Shown here one piece after another: positions 57,950 to 64,000 of a DNA stretch of 64,000 nt; position 1 is the first letter of the stretch, and each line of letters begins with the position of its first letter. The notes beneath the pieces were generated by a model. It was not told the origin of the DNA, did no database searches, and saw only the letters and a program-made list of their open reading frames with translations. Position numbers and translations under genes: made by a program. The DNA lies in NCBI GenBank assembly GCA_963575745.1, contig CAUYUJ010000001.1, positions 2,542,001-2,606,000 of the forward strand, read 5' to 3'. Source of the DNA: Prorocentrum cordatum. Lineage: Eukaryota.

Positions 57950-60900
57950 GGTTCCAATACGCCCTAGAGGTCTCAAGAAGACCCAGGATGGTCGCAAAGC
58001 GGTTCGGACAGCTACCAAGACGCCCAAGAGGGCTCAAAGTGGACACCCAAGATGGCTGTAATCCGCCGACCCCTTGGGGTTCATCGGCGTGTGAGATGCT
58101 CCCCCCTCCCCCAACCCCTCCCCCGGGAGCTGGATTCGGTCGATTTGGAAGGGGGGGGTTTCCCCGGGCCGGCCGGGGGGGAGAACTTTTGCCGGGGAGG
58201 CATCCAAGGCCGCACAACGGGTCACGAGGGCCCCAAGAGACCTCCAAGACGTTCCAACAAGGCGCCAAGTCGCCGAAACATCGTCCCAAGACGCCCACGG
58301 TGGCCCCCAGACGACCCAAAATGCATCCAAGACGCCCCAAGAGGCTTCGACGAGACCTCACACGAGGGCCCCAAGAGGCCAAAATTCTTCATTTCTATGT
58401 GCTGTTTGAAGGTTTTTGGCTTTCTCGCCTTCTCGGGCTTCCGACGCTCCACGAAGGCCCCATAGGCCCCCAAGACCGCCTTAAGACGGCCCGTCCCCCG
58501 AGAAGGTCCCGAGACGGCCCAATGGGGGTCCGATCACTGGTCAAGAGGGCCTCAAGACAGCCCAAGAGGCCTCCAAGAAGGCCCCAAGAGGGGCCCAAGA
58601 AGGGGACCACGAACCGAAAATTCTAGCTCTCCGCCCCAAGAGACTCCCGGAATAGCCCAAGAGGCCCTCAAGGGGCTCCACGAGGCCCCCACGAGATTCC
58701 CAAGAGCCCTCAAAGAGTCCCAGGAGGCCCCAAAACAGCCCCCAAGAGGCCGCCAAACTTCTTCGGGAAGGCCCCAGCGACGCTTCTCACGAGATCCCAC
58801 CGAACGTCCAAGAGGCTCCTGAGCCATAGCCCAGGCACGGTGGCGGGGGTTCTTTTCCAAACGAACTCCCCCTGGGGCTTCGGCCCGTCCCGCCGGCCAC
58901 CCGAAGGCTCCCTAAAGGTGGCTGCAAAGATTTTTCCTGCTCCACACGGCTCCAAGATGGTCTCCAAGATGGCCTCCAAGTTCGCCCAAGATGGTCCAGT
59001 ATGTCCTCCAAGGCGGTCCAAGAGAGCACAAGATGCCTCCAAGTTCGCACAAGAAACCTCTAAGACGGACCAAGACGGTCCCAAAGGCCTCCAAGAGGAC
59101 TCCAAGACGGCCCAAGAGCCCTCCAAGAGGTCCTCCACGAGGGCCCGAACAGGCCAAAATGAATGGTTGCCCTCGGGTTTTTGATGGATTGTGGCTTTTG
59201 CTATTTTCCAGCCGCCAGACGGCCCACGACGGCTCAAGAGGGCTGAAAGATCAGCCCCAGAGCGCCCAAGAGGCCTCCAAGATGGCCCTATGACGGCCCA
59301 AGAAGCCTCCAAGACGGTCCCAAGAGGGCCCCAAGACGGCCCAACAGGCCTCCAAGACGCCCAAGATGGCCTCCAAGACGGGCAAGATATCCTCCCAATG
59401 CCTTCAAGACGGACAATCTTACCTCCAAGACGGCCAAGATGTCCGCTAAGACGGCCACGATGGCCCAAGATGGGCCCGAGAGGCTTCCCAGATGGCCCCA
59501 GAGGAATCCAAGAGGTTCTCCAGGAAGGCCCGGGGGAGCCAAAATCATTCATGTTCTTTAGGTTTTCGAAGGATTTCGGCGTCCTCTGTTTTGGTGTTCC
59601 GACCGCCCAAGACGGCCTAAGGAGTCCCCAACATCGTCCTAGATGCCTCCAAGATGGCTCCAGAACGGTCCAAGAGGCCCCCAAGCGAGCCCCAAGAGGG
59701 TCCCAAGACGGCCGAGATGGCCTCCAAGACGCCCAAGATGGCCTCCACGATGCCTCAAGACGGCCAAGATGACCTCCAAGACGGCCGAGATGGCCTCCAA
59801 GACGGCAGAAATCTCACCAAGAGAGCCGGAGATGGCCCAAGAGGTGCCCAAGGTGCCTCCAAGACAGCCCAAGATGCCTCCAAGAGCTCCACCAGGAAGG
59901 CGCGAAGAGGCCAAACTCATTGATTTGACATAGGTTTTTGAAGACGTTTGGCAGGTTCTTCTTTTCAGCTCTCCGACGGTCCAAGACGGCCCAAGAGGCC
60001 CCCAACATCGCCCCAAGAGCGCCCAAGAGGCCTCCAAGATGGCCCCATGACAGACCAAGAGGCCCCCAAGAGGGCTCCAACAAGACCCCAAGACGTCCTC
60101 CAGGAAGGCCCGACAGGGTTAAACTCATTGGGTCTCCTCAGGTGTTTGAAGAATGTTGGCTTTTGCTCCTTTTCAGCTCGCCGACGGCCCAAGACGGCCC
60201 AAGCGGCCCCCAACATCGATCCAAGAGAGCCCAAGAGGCCTCCAAGATGGCTCCATGACAGCCCAAGAGGCCCCCAAGAGGCCCCAAGAAGGCCCCAAGA
60301 CGGCCCAAGACGCCCAAGATAGCCTCCAAGACGGTCAAGATGGCCTCCAAGATGCCTCCAGCACGCACAAGATGGCCGTCAAGACGGCTAAGATGGCCCG
60401 AAGATGTACGCAGGACGGCCCAAGATGGTCCCGAGATGGCCTAAGACGGCCCTATAGGCCTGCAAGAGGCCTCCAAGGCGGCCCAAGAGGCCTCCAAGAC
60501 GACCTCCAGGAAGGCCCGAAAGGGCAAACATCATTGAGTTGCCCTAGGGCTTTGACAGACTTTGGCATGTGCGTCTTCTCTGGATTCCGACGGCTCAAGA
60601 CGGCCCAAGAGGCCCCCAAGATCGCTCCAAGATCACCCACGAGGCCTCCAAGATGGCCCCTATGACAGCCCAAGAGGCTCCAAAGGCGGCCCCAAGAGGG
60701 CCCAAGAGGCCTCCGAGACGGCCAAGATGACCTGCAAGACGGCTAAGATGGCCCTAATATTCCTCCAAGACTGCCCAAGATGCACCAACAAAGTCCTACG
60801 ATGGCCTCCAAATGGCCTACGATTGCCCAAAAAGCCAGCAAGAGGTCTCCAAGACGGCCCAAGAGCCCTCCAAGACGTCCCCCAGGAGGAGCCGAAGAGA

Positions 60901-62900
60901 CCAACATCAGAGATCCTCCTACGGTTTCTAAGGGATGTTGGCAGTTGCTCCTTTTCGGCGATCCGACGGCTCAAGACGGCCCAGGAGGCCCTCAAGATCG
61001 CCCAAAGATCGCCCACGAGGCCTCCAAGATGGCCCCATGACTGCCCCAGAGGCCCCAAAGACGGCCCCAAGAGGGCCCCAAGAGGCCTCCGAGACGGCCA
61101 AGATGGCCTCCAAGACGGCTAAGATGGCCCCAAGATGCCTCTAAGACGGCCCAATATGCACCCACGACGGCCTAAGATGGCCTCAAGATGGCCCAAGACG
61201 GCCCAAGAGGCCCCCAAGAGACCTCCCTCCCGGCCCAAGAGGGTTCCAAGAGTTCTTCCAGGAAGGCCCGAAGATGCCAAAATCATTGCTTTCCTTTAGA
61301 TACTCGAAAGATTTTGACATTTGCGCCTTGTCGGCCTTCCGACGGCACAAGACTCCCCAAGAGGCCCCCAAGGTCGCCCTAAGATCGCTCAAGAGGCCTC
61401 CAAGATGGTCGCATGACGGCCCAAATGGCCCCCAAGACGGCGACCTCCAAGACGTCCAAAATACTCTCCAAGACGGCCCTGAAGCGCCTCAAGAGAGCCC
61501 CAAGTCGGTTCAGAGAGGCCCCCAAGACGGCTTCCGACGGTGTCAGATGAGTCGGGAACGCCCTAAGACAGCCAAAGAGGCCCCCAAGAAGCCCCTAAAG
61601 GCCCTGTGAGGCTCCCAAGAGGCCTCCAAAAGGCTCCCAGGAAGCTCCGCAGAGGCCCCCTAAGAGGTTTCGCAAGACGGACCCCAAGAAGTCTCCTCCT
61701 CCTACTCCTCCTCCTCCATAATCCCCATCCTCATCCTCATCCTCATCCTCCTACTAATCCTCCTCCTCCTCCCATCCTGATCCTCCTCCTATTGCTCCCC
61801 CACGCGTTCCCCGAAGGCTTTCCAAACCGACTCGGGGAACAACTGGTCCGATAGCTTGGCCCAGCTCTAGCCCAACTGTCGGCCACATAGGCGCTTCCAG
61901 AGGGGCAGGGGGCGGCGGTGATTCGCCGTAGGCGTATTCGATACACATACAAGCATAAGTGCCGCAGCAGCCGGAAGCAGCAACAGCGCCCTAGGATGCC
62001 TCTATGACGTTCCACGAGGCATCGAAGAGGCTTCCCAAGAGGACCCCAACAGTTAGATAATCTTGCATAATGGTTAGCTTTCATCGTTTTTTGTCCAAGG
62101 TGTTTGGCCTTCCAGCCTTCTCGGGCGTCCGAACGACGGCCCAAGAAGCCTCCAACACCGTCTCCAGACGACTGACGAGGCTCCCACGCGGGCTTGTAGA
62201 CAGCCTACGCTGGCCCCACGACGGCCCAAAAGAGCTTCAAGTCAGCCTCATAGCGCTCGAAGACAGCTATATCAAAGGCCCAGGGCGGGGACCACGAACT
62301 GCGAACTCAGCTCCCCGCTCCCCAAAATCGGTTTGGAGACCCCAACAAGAGTCCCACAAAACACACCCCTGGGCAAAACATACCCACGGGGGAAGGTCTA
62401 CCCGGCCAGGCCGGGCCAGCTGGGAAGGGTACTTTGCTCCAGCAATTCTGCCAAGGTGGCATCGACGGCTTCACAACCGGCCACGAGGGCCACAAGAGAC
62501 GTCCAAGACGGTCCACGAAGGCCCCAAGTCGCCGAAACATCGTCCGAAGACGCCCACGGCGACCTCCAGACAGCCCAAGATGCCTCCGAGACTCCCCAAC
62601 AGGCTTCGAAGACATCTCCCACGAGGGTCCCAAGAGGCAAACAATATGTATGTATTTTCATGTGTTCTTCCCCGGTTCTTGCCTTGCTCGCCTTCTCGGC
62701 TGCGACCTCCACGACGCCCACAGAGGCGCTCAAGACCAACTCCAAAAGAAAACTAGCCGAAGGACCCGATCGGACACTCCGAGCCCTCGGCCCCAAGAAG
62801 ACCACATGAGGTCCCACCAGAACCCCCACAAGGCTGACACGAGGCCCCCACAGGACGGCATCTACTACACCCCCAGGGGGTGCGGCGTAAGCCCGAGAAT
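57950..62900. repeat. ~5-kb degenerate GGCCCAAGA/GCCTCCAAGA (~11-bp) repeat field with T-rich spacers
   Basis: Direct reading; all ORFs here are repeat translations. Confidence 0.9.
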
Positions 62901-64000
62901 CAGCAACGGTCGTGGGTTTCCCATGTGTTTTTGAAGGTTTCGGCCGTCCTCATGCTCAAAACGGGCCAAGGAGCCCGTCACACAAGCCTGTGCCGGCCCA
63001 CGAGACCCAGAAGAGGACCCGGAGACTGCCCAAGAGGGGCGCCAAAGCTGCACAAGTGGCCCCCCAATACGGCCGCCCAGTAGCCTTCGAAATTGGCGAC
63101 AGTCTCGCAGCGCACATCCCCCCTGGGGTGGTGAGCTTTAAACAGAGACTGCGCTTGGTGCCCATTATGCACCTCTCCAAAAAAGCAGCCCAAACTGGCG
63201 ATCGCAGCCCCCCAAGGATGTTGAAGTCTAACATGAGTCTGCGCCATGACCCCCTCGAAAGTGGTGACAATTCTGCACTCCGCAGCCCCTCACGAATGGT
63301 GAGGATTAATATGAGAGGACGAGGGGGTGGTATGACAATGAATGTGTTAACTGCGATGTTCTCTGCGACGTACCCGACCGATTTGCATCAAGTGACCAAA
63401 ACGGTTGGCCCAAAGTTGTATGGACAACGACAGTGCATGAACTCATCGTGCAATCTACTGCGATGCGCGTGCGTTGCACCTTCCACAGGACAGCAACAGA
63501 AAGACGAGGAATGATCCCCCAAGCTCGACGAGGAAGGGGAAGGGAACGATGGGGCAGGAAGAGAACGGAAGTGGAGCCGAAAAGTCAACGCGGCAACAAC
63601 AGGGAAATGGAGGAAAGAGAGGACGACAACGAGGGAGGAGGGATGAGAAAGGATGGTTGCGATTGTTTCATGTGGCTCTGGCTGGTGATGGGCAGGGATG
63701 CCCGCGTCATTTCGCTCTGTCGATTCGAACGAGCAGCTGTTCGTAACTAGTTGCAGGAAGCGAACGTGGCCAAGCGCGCCCACCAGCCGCTCCGCTTCCT
63801 TCCTGCACCGTTCGGTCCCCCCCCAGCAGCCTTCGAAAGTGCTGACGGTTTCGCACTTCGCCCAACCCAAGGCATGGCGATGTCTAATACGAGTCCCCGC
63901 TCGGTACCCACTAGACTGCCTACCCCAACAGCCCTCGAAAATGCCAACTGTTTCGCAGTTCGCAGGCCCCCAAGCATAGCGAGGTGCAATCGGAGTGATC

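Noticed and set aside
56707..62934. Numerous P/R/G/K-rich ORFs
   Set aside because: They arise from CCAAG-type repeats and show no domain motifs.

Overview
GC-rich, repeat-dominated eukaryotic DNA. Three near-canonical spliced-leader relics (DCCGTAGCCATTTTGGCTCAAG) identify it as dinoflagellate; the genus cannot be fixed from sequence alone. The main feature is a young, near-intact 9.4-kb Ty1/copia-order LTR retrotransposon (1690-11136, minus strand). Between protease and integrase its polyprotein carries a C5-cytosine DNA-methyltransferase-like domain and an overprinted ~375-aa zinc-finger/coiled-coil gene in another frame. It also has a 4-bp TSD, a structured element in place of a polypurine tract, and an SL-like motif in the LTR. 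The window further holds an intronless, SL-relic-bearing stand-alone cereblon (CULT) domain retrogene, two more SL-relic/short-ORF units and an intronless pseudogene. A decayed tyrosine-recombinase gene is split by a decayed CRE-like non-LTR retrotransposon with a 9-bp TSD. The rest is small fold-back/MITE elements, an 89-bp satellite, a bidirectional dispersed repeat family and long (TAG)n, (GGA)n and CCAAG-type simple repeats. Domain calls come from motif recognition by eye; no searches were run.
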